From Laetmonice hystrix (Eukaryota): DNA of 64,000 bases. This document shows, one piece after another, positions 1 through 14,400 of the stretch. The position numbers and the translations under genes are program-made. The notes under the pieces were generated by a model. It was not told the DNA's origin, did no database searches, and saw nothing but the letters and a program-made list of their open reading frames with translations. The stretch is taken from positions 37,140,001 to 37,204,000 of the forward strand of contig OZ249436.1 in the NCBI GenBank assembly GCA_965235115.1. The letters are read 5' to 3'. How positions within the stretch are numbered: the stretch's first letter is position 1; every line of letters begins with the position of its first letter.

Positions 1-13
1 TGCAGGCTCCGGG

Positions 14-465
14 ATGAATTGAGACAAGGTTTATGTCAAGCTGAAGTAGTTTTCTCTATATCAACTTACAGATAAACAGCGACAGAAGTTTACGGGCATT
101 TCCTCGAAGGATTATCTGAACTTGAAATGAAATTTATCGAACTTTCGGGAGAGCAATAACAATGTTTCTTCGACTGCAGAGGTCTTCAGGCGAGCACCAA
201 GATATAAATCGAAGGGTCATAATTGTGCCTTAAGGGTGGGCGTCTTGCACGATGGCAGAGCTCGGAGCTCGGCGACCACATGTTCAATCTACCCGACCTG
301 AAGATCCATACTGAACATGCCAGAGACTACAGTAAGATTATTAGGAATGCAATCTGCATGCAATTGAAGGAGGATTATCGTCGATGGCCATTTGTGCATA
401 TATGCATGTCCTGTCGAGATGATGTATTTCCAGTTTCTTCTAAATCAACCGGAACGGGCCTAAAA
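14..465 (+). pseudogene. Decayed NACHT/STAND NTPase-like fragment
   Basis: Across frameshifts and stops, in the expected order: 'DKVYVKL' (~23-43), 'EVFRRAPRY..IEG' (~178-216, Walker A GKT missing), 'LCLK..RLARWQ..L..MFNLPDLK', 'IIRNAICMQL.ED' and 'YFQFLLNQPER' (425-457). This resembles the invertebrate NACHT segment preceding Walker B. Motif resemblance by eye only. Confidence 0.35.
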
Positions 466-1585
466 CGAAGACGAAGGGATCAAGATTATTGACAGATGTT
501 TAAAACATGCTACCTGTTTCTGCCTTTTTCTTTCCGTTTGTAAATTAAGTTTGTCACTTGCTTGATTGTATAAAACATTGCATGGGTCCGCTGGCGAGCC
601 CTGAAGCCGGTGGGTAAAGGGCTATGAAAGGCAGGCATGTAGGGTGTATAATTGATCGATCCTCATTGATGCCTTCGGACCGTTTTTACCACAGGATAAC
701 TTAATTACATGAACCAAACGTACCAATAACCCTCCGACCGTGAAAGTCTGCAAGATAATTCCACGCCTAGCTGCTATGTTGTTTTTGGAGTAGGGAGTAA
801 ATACAAGTAAATATATCTGTTCATATTCAGTTTAGGAGTCGGCCTAAATACATGACCGTACAATATCAGTCGTTGCAATATCATCAAATGAAACTGAAGT
901 TGCACAATTTCACAACATATTTCACAGCATTCATCTTCTTACCTCTCAATCCACAGGATATTTCTGAAGAATCATTAGATCGTCAACATAAACTGTATAC
1001 ATTTTTTTGGAGGTAGGAGATTCCTACAGCAGTCTTTAAAACAATCAGGAATGGGACAGGCCAACAATGAAAACAAACGAGAGAGAATTTTATACACCCG
1101 AACTGTACACCAGTCAGAGATGATACTTTTGGTTGAGAAAAAGGCGGAAAAATCTCATCCCTGAACAATTTATTATCTTAATTCGATCTAAGATTTTCAG
1201 TGTAATACATTAGAAGCAATAATGTATGGGGGAACATGAGCTCGATCATAAGAAACAAACGTGACTCTCCGTCTGTCTGCGAAGTCTCATTACAGTTCCC
1301 TATTGTTTCGTTCCGTATAGTCAGATTAGAAATACAAAAACAACTGTATAATAATAATCTTGTTTAAATTTCAAATTGTGTTGATCCAATGAGCATATCA
1401 GACCCGACGTCAGCCTTTCCTGCGTACGCTCTGCTGCGAATTCTACCTCTAATAAGTGATACTAAAAATAATATCAGTTATTCCTGCTTCAGTTCCGTCA
1501 ACTACCCGTTCGATCTCAGGAGGAGAAAACATCTAAATTACAAACGTGATCACTTTAAAATGCATATATTATGGTACAGGATTTT

Positions 1586-1657
<72 letters not shown>

Positions 1658-1685
1658 GACAGAGAAGACAGACACAGAGAGAGAG
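1586..1685. repeat. (GA)n/(CAGA)n compound microsatellite
   Basis: Directly visible; explains the low-complexity ORFs 1389..1769 and 1555..1776. Confidence 0.95.
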
Positions 1686-1702
1686 CGCACAGATTATGGA
1701 AG

Positions 1703-1958
1703 ATACATTGTCCATAAGAGTTTGCACGTAACGCGTGTTCATTATAAAAAAAACACGACTTTCGGGTAATACACAATGAGCGTCAATATTCCATCACAGT
1801 GGCATCTTTTGGAAGATAATCTGAGGATCAGAACAGCACAGATTATCCACAATACATTGTCCATAAGAGTTTGCACGTAAGAGCGTGTCAATTATAACAA
1901 ACACGACCTTCCGTTAATACACGAGGAGTGTCAATATTCCATCACAGTGGCATCTTTT
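1703..1958 (+). repeat. Direct duplication of ~105 bp (1703-1810 and 1852-1958)
   Basis: ATACATTGTCCATAAGAGTTTGCACGTAA...GTCAATATTCCATCACAGTGGCATCTTTT occurs twice with few differences. Confidence 0.9.
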
Positions 1959-2262
1959 TTTGTTTACGTTTCCGCCGTGAGCAAAGGTGAGCTGAGCTGA
2001 GCAAGGGTGAGCAGAAGCTCATGCTCACCGATTTGCTCACCGTTTTCGTTTTTTTTTTGTGTGGGGGGGGGGGGGGGGGGGGGTCCGGCGAGCTTTACGC
2101 CTCATGGAAAAATGCTACCAAAAAAACACGAAAACGGTGACAATGAGCTCATACTCACCCTTGCTCAGCTCAGCTCACCCTTGCTCACGGTGGAAAAGTG
2201 AACAAAAAACCGGGCCCTGCTCACCCTTGCTCAGGGTGAGCACCAAACAAAGAAAACGGGCC
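1955..2262. mobile_element. Palindromic MITE (GTGAGC/GCTCAC-rich arms) with central poly-G and an adjacent partial copy
   Basis: CCGTGAGCAAAGGTGAGCTGAGCTGAGCAAGGGTGAG is mirrored by CTCACCCTTGCTCAGCTCAGCTCACCCTTGCTCACGG. A further partial arm lies at ~2211-2262. No clear TSD. Confidence 0.75.
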
Positions 2263-3391
2263 CTGCACCTCTCCTTACTCATTTGGATACCTGTAACATT
2301 GTGAACAGCACGTTACCACAACCCCTGCGCTTTGTAATACCACATCGCAAATATAACGGATATAAAAATATAACAGATAACGGTAAAGAATGAATGGTTC
2401 GACCTGGCAGTATGATTACACCGCCGCTACACCAATGTATAGAGAGATTACAATCTTGATACTTCAGTCTCCTACCACCCCCTTGTGCTGGTGCCATGTA
2501 TATAATTCCACGAATGTGTACCATAACATGGACAGGTCTGCAGGTCCTGTGGGGCGCGACAGACAACGACCAAGCATTATAATATATCAGATGCAATCAC
2601 CTTTCAAATCCGTAGATACAACATGTGTAATATCATAGACGTAGATTCAGGGTAGGTCTAATATCAAGGCGGTCTATTGAGGGGAAGGTAGGACATAGGT
2701 GTCTTTGGACATCGATGTTTATGGTTTATTCAGACATAAATCCTGCGACGTTGTTTGAGCAAGTTTGAGTATGTGATAATTGTTATTATTGCAAGAGATT
2801 CATAACGTTATGTAATCAAAATACAGGCGATAATGGCTTTTTTTCGTAACACAAGTGTCCTTTGCATCATTTATAGGCACGTTTTAACCGAAGTTTCAAC
2901 GAGTTTTACTCGGGGAAAAAACGGATAGGCCTATACTGCCCCAATCAATTCTGTCATGGCAACAACTTTCTGGGTGATGTGGTGAACAATCCCGTCATGC
3001 ATCACGCAGCAACCAGTTGACGACCGTGACGTTGTCCTTGAATCTGCCCATTTTCTTCAAGACATTCAAGAAAATTGCCCCATGGGCAATTGCCGACACA
3101 TACGTAGCAGAAGCTAAATCAGCTTATAAGGCAGTAGGCCTACATTAAAAACATTTGACTTGCAATAAAAAATGCAAGTCAAATAAGGTTTTTACATGTT
3201 TTATGGGGCAACTCAATCCCCATGACGAGATATCATCATTATTTGACTCCCAGTTTTGCCAGTATTATGTCATAGGTAATCGAGTGGTTCTTCGGTCAAA
3301 ACGCTCACTCATTCATGATGGTCTTACTGGAAAGAACCCTCCAACGATACAAAACAATCGTACATGTACACTAAAACATACGATTATAAAC

Positions 3392-3611
<220 letters not shown>

Positions 3612-5464
3612 ACAGTGACCTTGGTCTTAGTCGACTAGATACGTTCATCCTATTTCATATTAATCAAGACACCATTTCCACCGTTCTGTCTATCGAAATG
3701 GTGCTACAACCAACAATGTCTGGCGGTGTCCTACTGTGCGTGAGGTGTGATAAACAAACCTGGACAATTATATAGCAGCACTTATAACACAAGAATCTAT
3801 TAGAGGAGTGCGTATACTGGCATATATTTTACCTAATCTATGAATAATTCTGTGACACAGATGTTGCTTACTTCAATAAATTATGCCCGGTGGTTAATTA
3901 ATCACTTAATTGTTCATGAAGCAGTAAAAGTTTTAATAGCAACTAAATGCAATGTGAGCCCCTGACTGCATGGATGACTTGGTTCGACATTCTACTGACT
4001 ACAAATAATGGTCCGGGCATCATTTAAAACGGGAATTAGGTTCCGGTCAAGAAGATGATGATGACGAATAGTTCAAATATTCCTCTAACTATCTTATATT
4101 TCTTAAGATTCCTCCTAACCTTAAAGATAAGACGGCAATGTCCGCATGAAATAGTTAACACAGCGGAGAGAAACAATCTTGTAGGGACTGTCCTCTCAAG
4201 GCGGACCTGATGTCCCCACAACGTTTTTCTCACCTCTCCCAAAGCCCTTTGTAAGCTGCAATTTTATTGGTTGTTCCCAGTAGTACCAACTCGCTTTTGT
4301 CCGCACAAACCCGAATCTCTTTTTAGTAATTAAGACATTTAAGAAAAATTGAAACAGCGAAATTCAGATAAAAAGGCATTTTGAATAATTCTTTTATGAA
4401 AGTTGCCCTAAAAATGTCATTGTCCTCACAACGCCGGTGAGAGACACCGTGTCCCTACAAATCACCCAAGTCAGGACGGAGAGAGAGAGACAGATAGATA
4501 GAGAGAGAGAGAGAGGAGGGTGAGAGAGGGGGGGCAGTCAAGCCATTTATACTCTAGCTTTACATAGCCTTGTAAATGTCCTGATGCAATTTAGCCTCGT
4601 TCATATGTATGGGTGGTTAAAACTTATGCAGTTTCTTTTTCACAACCCCGCCACTTTTGAATCAGATACACGCAATGCATGCATACAGCCATTGCATCGC
4701 CTTCCCTCAGAGCTATTGAAGACCAACCTCTCAATCTGTGGTTCCGAAGCACGTAAGACTGTTCAACATCAAAGGACAAATTTGAAATCTCCTGTACCAA
4801 CAAACAGGCATGGATAATGGTAAGACGCCTCGCAAACAATCAAAACCAGTGTAAGGTTTAGACGTTTCTGTGATAATCTACACCAGGAGCCTCTAGTTTC
4901 GGTTGGAATTGGCTCGTCTCAATGGTTCCAAACGGGGAAAAGGAGGACCAATTAGAAGCCAGGGAATGCCCGATAAACGGCACATAAGCAGTCCATGCGC
5001 TATTCACGTTTAATGTGTTCTGGATGGAAATTGTAGCGCCAACCGAATCAGATTACGAATGCTTCCGGTTGCAAGTCTGCTACAAATACAAAAATCATGT
5101 GGAGCGCCTTGTTAGAAGTGAGAAGATGGGTTCAAACTTCAATGTAATGGTGGATCCGCTGTATCCGGAGCCTCTATACTATTTTCTATGTATCATTCAT
5201 AAACCACGCGAAACAATGAGCTCGGCATTTATAATCGTAACCGTGTAGCTCGCCTCTCAAAGGTCGTATACAGTTGATGAGAGGAAAAATTCAAAACCAT
5301 GTATCTCAGCAAGAGACGCCACAAATCTCAGGATGTTTTGATGTGTTCTCTCTGTCGTCTTCTTTCTATGTCTTTTCTTACTTTCTTTGTGTACATTGCA
5401 GCTAAAAATGACATTTTAGGAGTATAATATTAGAAGCTCCACTTACCCTTACCAAAAGATATAA

Positions 5465-5655
5465 GGGTCATTCCACGTCAAATCGACAAATTTAAAGAGC
5501 GTGTTTAAAGGGTCATATCTTCAAAACTATTGGATATATTGCCCTAAAATTTTGCAGGGCTTCATAATATATGTTGTAGTACATGTATGCCAAAAATGGT
5601 TGAATTCTGAGGGGGTCCCCCGGGGACCCCTTGTCGAATTGACATGGAATGACCC
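5465..5655. mobile_element. MITE with 4-bp TSD (ATAA), Sola2-like
   Basis: TIR GGGTCATTCCACGTCAAATCGACAA / TTGTCGAATTGACATGGAATGACCC, with ATAA on both sides (5461-5464, 5656-5659). GRG termini plus a 4-bp AT-rich TSD fit Sola2; the superfamily call is inference. Confidence 0.75.
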
Positions 5656-7514
5656 ATAAATGGTCATAGTTTCCATCCAGCATCAGCCTACTCCTCTACG
5701 AAGTCGGTACCCTGTCTCAGGGCCACGGATAGCAACGTTAATGTGAACACTGATGAAAACATGAAGACATCTTTACAAAGGAACAGGGAGCTCAAGACGT
5801 TCACAACTGGGAAAATTTGACACACCGACATGAAAACACCTTTTGGATACGGAATTTGGCCATGGCCCCTCTGAGTTGCCATTAACAGGAAAAATATACT
5901 CATATTGTTTTTGGCAACTACTGCTCTTTATAAAATTATCACACTTCCTTTCAAATTATGGGCCGATCACTAACCATATTGCCCCCTTCGTCTTGCCTTC
6001 GCTAACTACCACCAGTTTTAGCCCAGTTATATAACATCTGTGCTGGCCACTTTATCACGACTTTGATTAAAATCAATATAAGGAACGTAGCATAAAGATA
6101 GGTTTCTATTAGAAGGCCTATGGAGACGTGGTGTATGGGGTCCAGGGCAAGTAAAAATCTTAAAATCAGTAGGGGTAAAAGTCCACCTGGTACACATTCA
6201 GTTCCTACCTTATAGAAAACCCGACGTCCAAAACCAGTGATCATGATTTTGACCGTCTCCGCAAGTCCGTGTAATTTGAAATACATGTTGCCTTGACATT
6301 GACATGGATTGAAATGAGAGTTTTGTCGCCACTTTAGGTTACAAGGCGGTAAGCTGACATATGATACTTCAGTTTTGTTATCTTTCTGTGGTACAGCCTA
6401 AAACAAAACAACCTCCTATGTATCTCCTCTCCGATATAGCCCTATAGGGTACACACTGCCCCCCCCCCCCCCCCCAACAGAGGATGGTAAACAAACTTTA
6501 CTTGCCGAAGATACCACATTCTATAATGTTGTCTCCATTCGTCGTTTTTCTTTTCCAGTAGCTAGAGAGTTTGCGCGTTAGAATTTGGCATGTTTTAAGA
6601 TATCATGCCGAGTGTGATGGCTTCCATAACTCTCAAGGTAGTTATTTGATGACCACAGTGCGAACGGGTCACATCGTCGCGCCCAGGAGCGCTTCTCTGA
6701 TGACAACACCGCACGCGTGATCTAAATATAGTAGTCTTTCATTCTCGTCGCGTCATGACCGGATATTCGTGACATGCGCGCGCCCTTATGGTCGGGGTCC
6801 AAGCGTGACTGCTGAAAATTCAAGTGAGTCGAGGATGCCCAGCGGTTTGCTGAAAGACGGCATTGGGTTGGATCTATACCTCAAGGATGTAGGGTCAAAA
6901 TGGGTCATAGCACCCTTGTAAGATATATTCCGCGGCCCCTTCCCATTTCCGGTGTAGATGGCTTGGCGCAGGTGCCGATGTACGATGTCATGGCCGGTCA
7001 ACAATGGGTCGGTTCATTTACCCGAGAAACGCTATTGCTTAAAGTGGTGCCGTCTCACAGATTAACCAATTACCCAATTATCGTCTTGATTCATTATTTA
7101 TAATTTTCCCAACTACCTGTCCGTCACTCCAGAGTGAGCCCACCGAGTCACTGGCCTCCAACTTAACAAACACAAAGAGACGTGCCCGTTTTCTCATTAG
7201 GACTAATTTTCAGCCAAGTGAAGAAGCAATTCACGTGGGTTTTATTTCCGCGAGGAACATAAGAGACAAGTCTGTAAGGCGAGCTAAAGAAATGAACACT
7301 ACAAAGCATTTGACAGTACTTCTATAATAGAGTGTGAGTTACAGCTGACGCCGATCAAGTAATTATGCAAATTGCATAATTAATAAAACATGAGCTGATT
7401 AAAGAGGTGTGGGGGTCTCGCCACCCTTTTTGAGTCCCCATTTCTGGTGTCTTTTCCTTATTCGACCCATGTTCGACACCTGAGGCGAGCCCTCCTTTTT
7501 ACCAGCTTTCGGGA

Positions 7515-7900
7515 GTGTGGGTGAGTGAACTGAAGATTTAACGCCCTGTCGACAGTACTTCAGTCATATTCAGAGCAGTAGGAACCATCTAATTCAGTCA
7601 AAGGACCATTTTTACCCTCAAGTCCTAGGCAGTGTACATCAGTGGGGATGAGAATTGAGCGATTTTTGAATTAGACTGATGACCTTTCCTCCCGGATTTT
7701 GACAAATTTAAATCTATTGATAGAATGCCTTACTAAACCTCAAGAGAGGTATAAAATGACCATCAATTCACTAAATGCGCTTGTGTATCAGGGATCAAGG
7801 CGTCACTCAGTTGGCTCATGAAAAACCCTCGCAAGCATAATTCGAACCCAGAAATTAGAGGTGGTCACGAGCCAGAGGCTTAGATCACTGGGTCATTGAA
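7515..7900 (-). mobile_element. tRNA-derived SINE
   Basis: On the minus strand: A-box-like TGACCCAGTGA (~7886-7895) and B-box GGTTCGAAT (~7840-7848). The 3' end has a stem-loop (GCCCTG..CAG(A/G)GC) and an (ACTC)n-like tail. A homologous 3' part lies at 57061-57180. Confidence 0.7.
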
Positions 7901-8784
7901 CCTCGTCCTGCAACCTGCAACCCCCCCCCCCCCTCTCCACCGATAACTTCCCTAACGTTCCGTCAGATCGAAAAATAACCTGGCGACATAGGCCCTATTA
8001 CCAAGTGCACGTCTCCGACAGCTCTCTCCGACGGCAGCAAGCAACACTGGGTATGCTTTGCTCGCCATCGTCGATACTGCCGTCAAGGCTAGTTGATCCC
8101 TTTTCTGTCAAGATTGCTTAAAGACCGAAACCGCCTTAGAAAATTTCTATGAATATTGAAAATGAATTGTTCGGGCATGAGCTTACTGCAAAACTGCAGA
8201 TTCATTTTGTATCACACACTTTCATAATTTTTCAGAAAAATGTATAGATGACGGATCGATGTTGGAAATTAATCTACTAAACGTGCAAGCAACGTCAAAT
8301 ACATGACACAACTAATTGAAAATAATCTATAGTGCATGCGTTTTCATTGGGACCTTTTGAAAGACGTTGGTATGAAAGTTAAGGTCATTACACACGAGCC
8401 CGATTGATTACAAAGAAACCAACGTCCAACCTGACGAGCAATGATGAGTCGCGTCGCATGGCAACAATATGCAGTGGCATTTAAGAGTAAAAGCTAACCG
8501 ATGAGGAGATGTTTCTCAGAAAAAAAAAGTTTACTTAAATATAGCATCGAACAATTTAAAATTTGAAAGCTCAACTATCAGCTCAGCAATCGCCCTGCGA
8601 CCTGGCCGTATCGTTATCCGTTCAGAAACAATGCACCGATTCATCCTTTCCAGATGTTGATGTCCACATCTACATAACAGAAACGTTCCGTTTGTCTACA
8701 GTTTTCCTGATTTATTATCCTTCATACAACATCTTCATTGCCCTTTTGAATTCCTTCCAGGCTCATGTCATGGCAAGGGCTTCC

Positions 8785-8950
8785 TTTATTAGCCCTCAAC
8801 CCGGAGGGGCAGGGCTTCTAGTTTGACTTCCCTCCGTACGTCTGTCAACAGCGATTTCTCATAAGTGCATACGCCAAATTGTATGAACGTTGACACAATG
8901 ATCAGAGACGGTCTGAGGCAATCGGAACGTCCGAGGTCATTTCATTTCTG
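8785..8950 (+). mobile_element. Helentron/HINE (DINE-1-like) 5' fragment
   Basis: TTTATTAGCCCTC...GGGCTTCTAG short inverted repeat, followed by a CCGT/CTGT microsatellite remnant and GCGATTTCTC...AAATTGTATGAACGTTGAC. This is the typical non-autonomous Helentron layout. Confidence 0.45.
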
Positions 8951-9149
8951 GTTGAGAAATACCCTTGGATGTAAGACAGGCCCAAAGCTACAGGCGTAAA
9001 ACGCCTGTGACGTCACATCACCAGTTATGTTTTACCGCCCTGCTAAGTAGTTCCAACAAATCGCGGAAACTTATTAATCTGACACAAATGTATTTGTTAT
9101 TAACCTACCAAATTCCAACAATTTCAAGCAACAGACAGTCACGGAGTTT

Positions 9150-9275
9150 GGCGTTGTCCAGAAGCAAAATAAGTTCTGGTGTTAAGCGTCCGCCATTTTA
9201 ACTACATCGCCTGTCACATGACTCCATCGAATCATGTGACTGGAAGTAGTTTGAACATGGCAGCGCCCGATATAC
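9150..9275. promoter_or_regulatory. Promoter-like motif cluster (opposed YY1-like sites, ACTACA/GTAGT motifs)
   Basis: CCGCCATTTT (~9190) and AACATGGCAGCG (~9254) face in opposite directions, with AACTACA and GGAAGTAGTT between them. TGACGTCA lies upstream (~9007). May be transposon-borne. Confidence 0.3.
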
Positions 9276-11449
9276 ATTCGAGGTGTTTTGCGTACGGAAA
9301 GCCCGAGATGTTACGATTGGATCCGAGGAGGATGCACGTCAAATAGATCCTAAAGTTTCGCCACCCTTGTTCTTGACTCATCTTATCGTTTATGTTTATC
9401 ATAGATTACAAAACTTATTTAGGCTATATTAGAAATATCTCAGATCATGCAAGTTACCCAAATAAAGAAGGAAATGAAATTTTTGGCATTACTGATCATT
9501 TTTTGTTCTTCGCATTGTTGTTTGAACAGAAACTCCCCCCCCCCCCCCCAAGAAAGAAAACACGGCTGCACGGATGGCGATGCTTTCGTTCCCAATCGAG
9601 GCAGAGTTTCAGGCACGAATAGTCAATCGATGCCATTAGATCGGTGTTACACTAAAACGTCTCTCCTAGTAACACGTCCTCAATATTTACATTTACCGCG
9701 GAAAACCTTTTGGCTTCGCAGATTCGCCGCCGTAACCACCCTGACCCTGTCTGGCCTCCTTGGCCACGGCCTTGGGTTCTCCTGGGGGCGCCCTTCAAAC
9801 ACCAAGCGACAACGTTTTTTGTCAGATCGGCACACGTTGGAATACCACGTCGTCAACCCAGAGAGGTGTGCTTATTCAATACGCCCTTTGAACCGTGACA
9901 CCCCCTTAAGGACCTGACAAATGAGGTATGCAAGCAATATTTTCTAACGTTTTCAACAACCTTTCACCATGGCCCCTTCGTAGTAAATTCGATATCCACA
10001 CCAATATCCTGAATCAATGTCCTTTGAAGTGGCGGTTTATTTGTAAAGACATGTGTCAGGGGCCCGAGTCGTACTCCGTGCATATTATTGATAGTGGCGA
10101 CCACACGAATATCATTTCGGAGGTCAGTAAAGGGTGATTACGTTCCACATCTTTGAATAATAGTGGTTGCTAGGCGAACCCTCTTGCCAATATGAGGCCC
10201 ACCTTCATCTAGCCATCTACTTTGCAAACATTCAGGGTGAAAAGGAAGACGTCGGAGAGTTTCTGCGTAGTTAATCTTCAATATAATCAATACGATGTCA
10301 AAAGATAACTGCGGTTCTATGGGGAGTGCAGTGGACTGGAAATAAATATAACTACATTCGTGAAGGCAAACTATTTTACTTACTGGTCGAATAAGTATAA
10401 TTATTAGGTTCTCTTATACATCTGTATTTGCTAAATGACATTGCGCAGGTGATGACAGAGGAGGATATCTACCACCAATTTAATGTCTACATATTTGACA
10501 ATGCGACATACCAAGAACTATCATGGCAGAGATATCGCGTTATCAACGGCTAAACTTATTGATGACGTATATTATACGTTTGCATATCGTCTCCGGTCAT
10601 CCAATCTTGAAGAGTAGGCATATGCTACAAAATCGGCATATCGAGTCACATCGAGTCATGTGGTCAACTCCACTGTTTCGCCTGCAGTGATATTATCAGC
10701 GAGCTCATTAAGATGATGAGAGTGATTAGAAAGATGTACATGTATAGGTGTTTCAAAAACAACAAACAGACACATACAGATAGTCGGGGGATACTAATAC
10801 ACTGACCTCAAAAAATTCCGATTGCAAATCAAGCATTTAAAGCAATAAGATATTTCAGTATTTCTAATTTCAATGACTCCAAAATGCAGACATGGACATA
10901 AAAATGGAGAAATCTAATGAAATTCAACATGGCTGTTCAAGTCAGTGCCAGGTCAAGAAGCAGCCATTGGGTCGTTCGCTTCATGGCAACAACGGGCAAC
11001 TGGAATGTACAACGTCATTGGATTTCTCCATTTCTGTGGGTAAACATTCATTGATTTATGTAGTTTAAGGCCATATCTAACCTAACAACTCATGTCTGCA
11101 TTTTGGAATCAGTGAAATGAGAGATACTCTCTGATTGCTTTAAGAGTTCGTTTTTACATTTATTTGCAGGGGCCCTAGAAATGTATGCATTTGATCCAAT
11201 CGAAACCAAATATGTCTTGCGCTCGGTTCTTGGTGGCCGTTTTATGGTTCGCATTTCAGTATTATTCTTTGCGCCGTGTCGGTAACTAAGGTAATCTTCA
11301 CGGCGAGTATACCGACAACCAGTCTTTATGCAAAAAGTCATTATAATCAGACTGACCTCAACTGATTACCAAGCCCGGAACAGAAACATAATTGGCTGTA
11401 TGCAAGAAGAGTTTGTGAAGTTAATCCCAAGAATGGATTGACTTACCAT

Positions 11450-14400
11450 CTAGCCTAGATTTAGGGGTGTGGACGTTTGGTAGTCATGTTTAACTGAAGT
11501 CTATTGTGCTTGGCCAGCGAAATAAGGGCCAGTCTCCAAAAAAGAGAACCGGCTGGAGAAATCTGACTTTCTGGTAACTGGGAATAGGCGTAAATCTATG
11601 GATTGGGTTAATCTCGAGACTAACTACGTCCTTGCATCCGGCCAAATATTCTGAAAACACACAGCCAGACGCCGCCGAATTCGTCCACTATGGACGAGTC
11701 TAAAAAATACGATGCGCTATCATGGCATACCATGCATAAAAGGCCCCAGAATTGGCTGTGTCGTGGAGCTTTAGTGGGCATACGCTATGGGTCACCCGAT
11801 ATGCTCTGAGCAGTAATAAGAGTTCCCTTTGCAGCAGGCAAGTTCAATGACAGAGTCTCTAAAAACTTCTGTATGTCAGAAGTTCATTGAATTTGAAACC
11901 TTCACAACAATAAGTGCCTAAAATAATTTAAATATCAATGAATCCATTTACGTTTCACTACGATTAAACAAATGGTTCTATATACCGGTATTTAATGGCC
12001 AATAAGCTGAAAAAAGTCACGACTAAGTCTTTCAATATATAGACGCCAAATTCGACAGGACTATTCTCAATATGAAGCACGGAAGTAAAACAACAGATAA
12101 TTTTTTTTGGGGGGGGGGCTTTCAAATTTATGGACGGCAGCATTCTGTAACGCAAAGGCAATTTATTGCCCAGGAAACAGTAGATAGAGCGTAATAGAGA
12201 GCGAGCGTGAGAGGCTCTAACCGGGCTCTGCCAAAAACTCAGATCGACTAGACAACATGGTTTCAACTCAAATAGGCACTGCTTTATATTTTTCATCTTG
12301 TAATTCATATGTATCATCATGAAATAGAAGCTATCCATAGAATCAAATACAGTATTGTCTTGTTCAAATATATACGTATTATGATGCTACTTGCTGACTT
12401 TCTGCCCCAAAAATTGTCTGTTATTTTACAGAATTTTAAGAGCACTTAGTATTGAAAGTCAATAGAGTTTAATCTTTCAGGAAAAAAATTATGCTTATTG
12501 TAGTATGTAAACTTCAAACGTATTATTCGGTTGGCAATAAATTATATCCCCTTTCTTAAAAAGGATTTCTTTTGGCGTGTCTTAACATAATGCATTGGAG
12601 AAGCCCTGTGGGGAAGTTCGAAAGATGGCATTCTGGAACTTATTACCATCTTAACGTTTGAAATCATTTGAGCGTTTTGAGATGCAGTGCGCCATCCATT
12701 TCGTCAATTCTGATTCCACGGCTGCCTTTGGGGAAAATGGATTAAAGACATCCATGAAATCATGTGTTTGATTGTCTTGAACCATAATAGCAAGCCTCTT
12801 ATGGATCAATCAGCTACGGTCGATAAAGTCTACTGACAACCTTGCGTGAGCTTAAAAAGAGGTCAAAATCAGCGGCGAGGTAGAGAAAATATTCAAAGGT
12901 CGGTAGAATTGCTAGTGGTCGCATAGTGGTCCATATGTCAATTCACTTTAAACATTCCCATCTCAAAGATAATTATAATTCAGCTAACAACTTCGTTATT
13001 AGCAACTTCGTTATTAGCAATGGTGTAAGGCTTTGACCGATGGAAACTTAAAATCCCTTAGCGCCTAATTAAATCAAATCAAATTACACCACACTCCTGT
13101 TGCTGGACAGAATCCGCCAATAATAATATGATAAAATGACTTCCATTTCTGGGCGATGGTGCTTTGTTGACGGCATGCAATCAGTACGCAGTTTGAACTG
13201 AACCCTGACTCAAGGTTTAGGCAATATTTAATAGGAACAGCAATAAAGGCGGCACCTTCTTCCATACACAGCCAGATAACACCACCAGCGGATGAAGTCA
13301 TGGCCTTATTGGCACCAGTGCACGGTCAATAATACAGCGCAAGACCATAGTGTGCATTGAGCATACGGATTGGTGAAGTGCGTCAGATTTCGCATTTACG
13401 CCGAATGCATGATGGTGCCCTGTGGCACTTTCATGCTAAAATTTCTGCAGCGCTTTCAAAATATAGTTCAATAAGGTTTTATCCTGCCTGTCTTGCAATA
13501 CGAATTAATATTTGCTGTGCATCTATATCATTCCGCACACTGGGGAGCTCTCTTATAAAGTCCTCTGCACTCAGCAACTAAAGGTACGAATCCAGACCAC
13601 TCAATGTCTCTTAACTGTGATTTTCATGTAATGAATAATGTAACAAACTCACCTTGTAATACAAGCCTTTTTGAATAACCTTTCAACATTGGGGACGAGT
13701 GTATCGCGACTTTTGTTGATACAGAATTCGTCTTTTTACGATAGACTTTACCTAAAAAGGGTGATTCGACAGTCGCTAAGTAGTATGCCCTTCGTCGGAA
13801 TCACTTGCTTTATCAGCCCTATACCCCTGTGTGACTGCACAGAAGCATAGTGTCCACCTCTTAGGAATGAACCAGCTGTTAACCAACGACCCTTGTTTCC
13901 ATCTGCGCGGGTTGATAGCATCGTGCTCACTCTTATTACCCCTGTATAAGCTGGTAATTTATCTTTCTCAGCCTTCTGTGCGTATCGGGTTATACCTTGA
14001 GATTCCAAAAGGCAATCCAGTGACAATGCTAGTACGCTCATTGTCATAGTTGAATACCATGGGAGAGGACCTTACTCCGATGTCATCCAACTTTAATCCC
14101 CCTCAAAAATGATGGCTTCAGGGTTCGCGTGACTGAATGCAACTCACATTTTCGAGGTATTTCTGTAGTAAGCATTGTACATAGGGGAAGATAGAACATA
14201 ACTGAATGTCATTAGTTTAAGTGAAAGAGAGCTTTGTGAAAAGGTAGGGGGGGGGTAATTAATTACATACGTAATTGACAAGACTGTAGTACGCATTTTA
14301 CATCAGGAAATATAGAACATATTATGTTATTAACTGAATGTCATTAATTTAAGTGATAGAGAATTTTGTGAAAAGGTAGTTTTTTTTATTAATTACATTA

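Noticed and set aside
4178..4478. GTCCCCACAA/GTCCCTACAA repeats ending at a (GA)n tract, resembling a CACTA-type subterminal region
   Set aside because: No terminal CAC motif or partner end identified.
6786..7004. ORF with 'HDIVHRHL..RNI' resembling a kinase catalytic loop
   Set aside because: The catalytic Asp is absent, the spacing is wrong and no other kinase motifs lie nearby.
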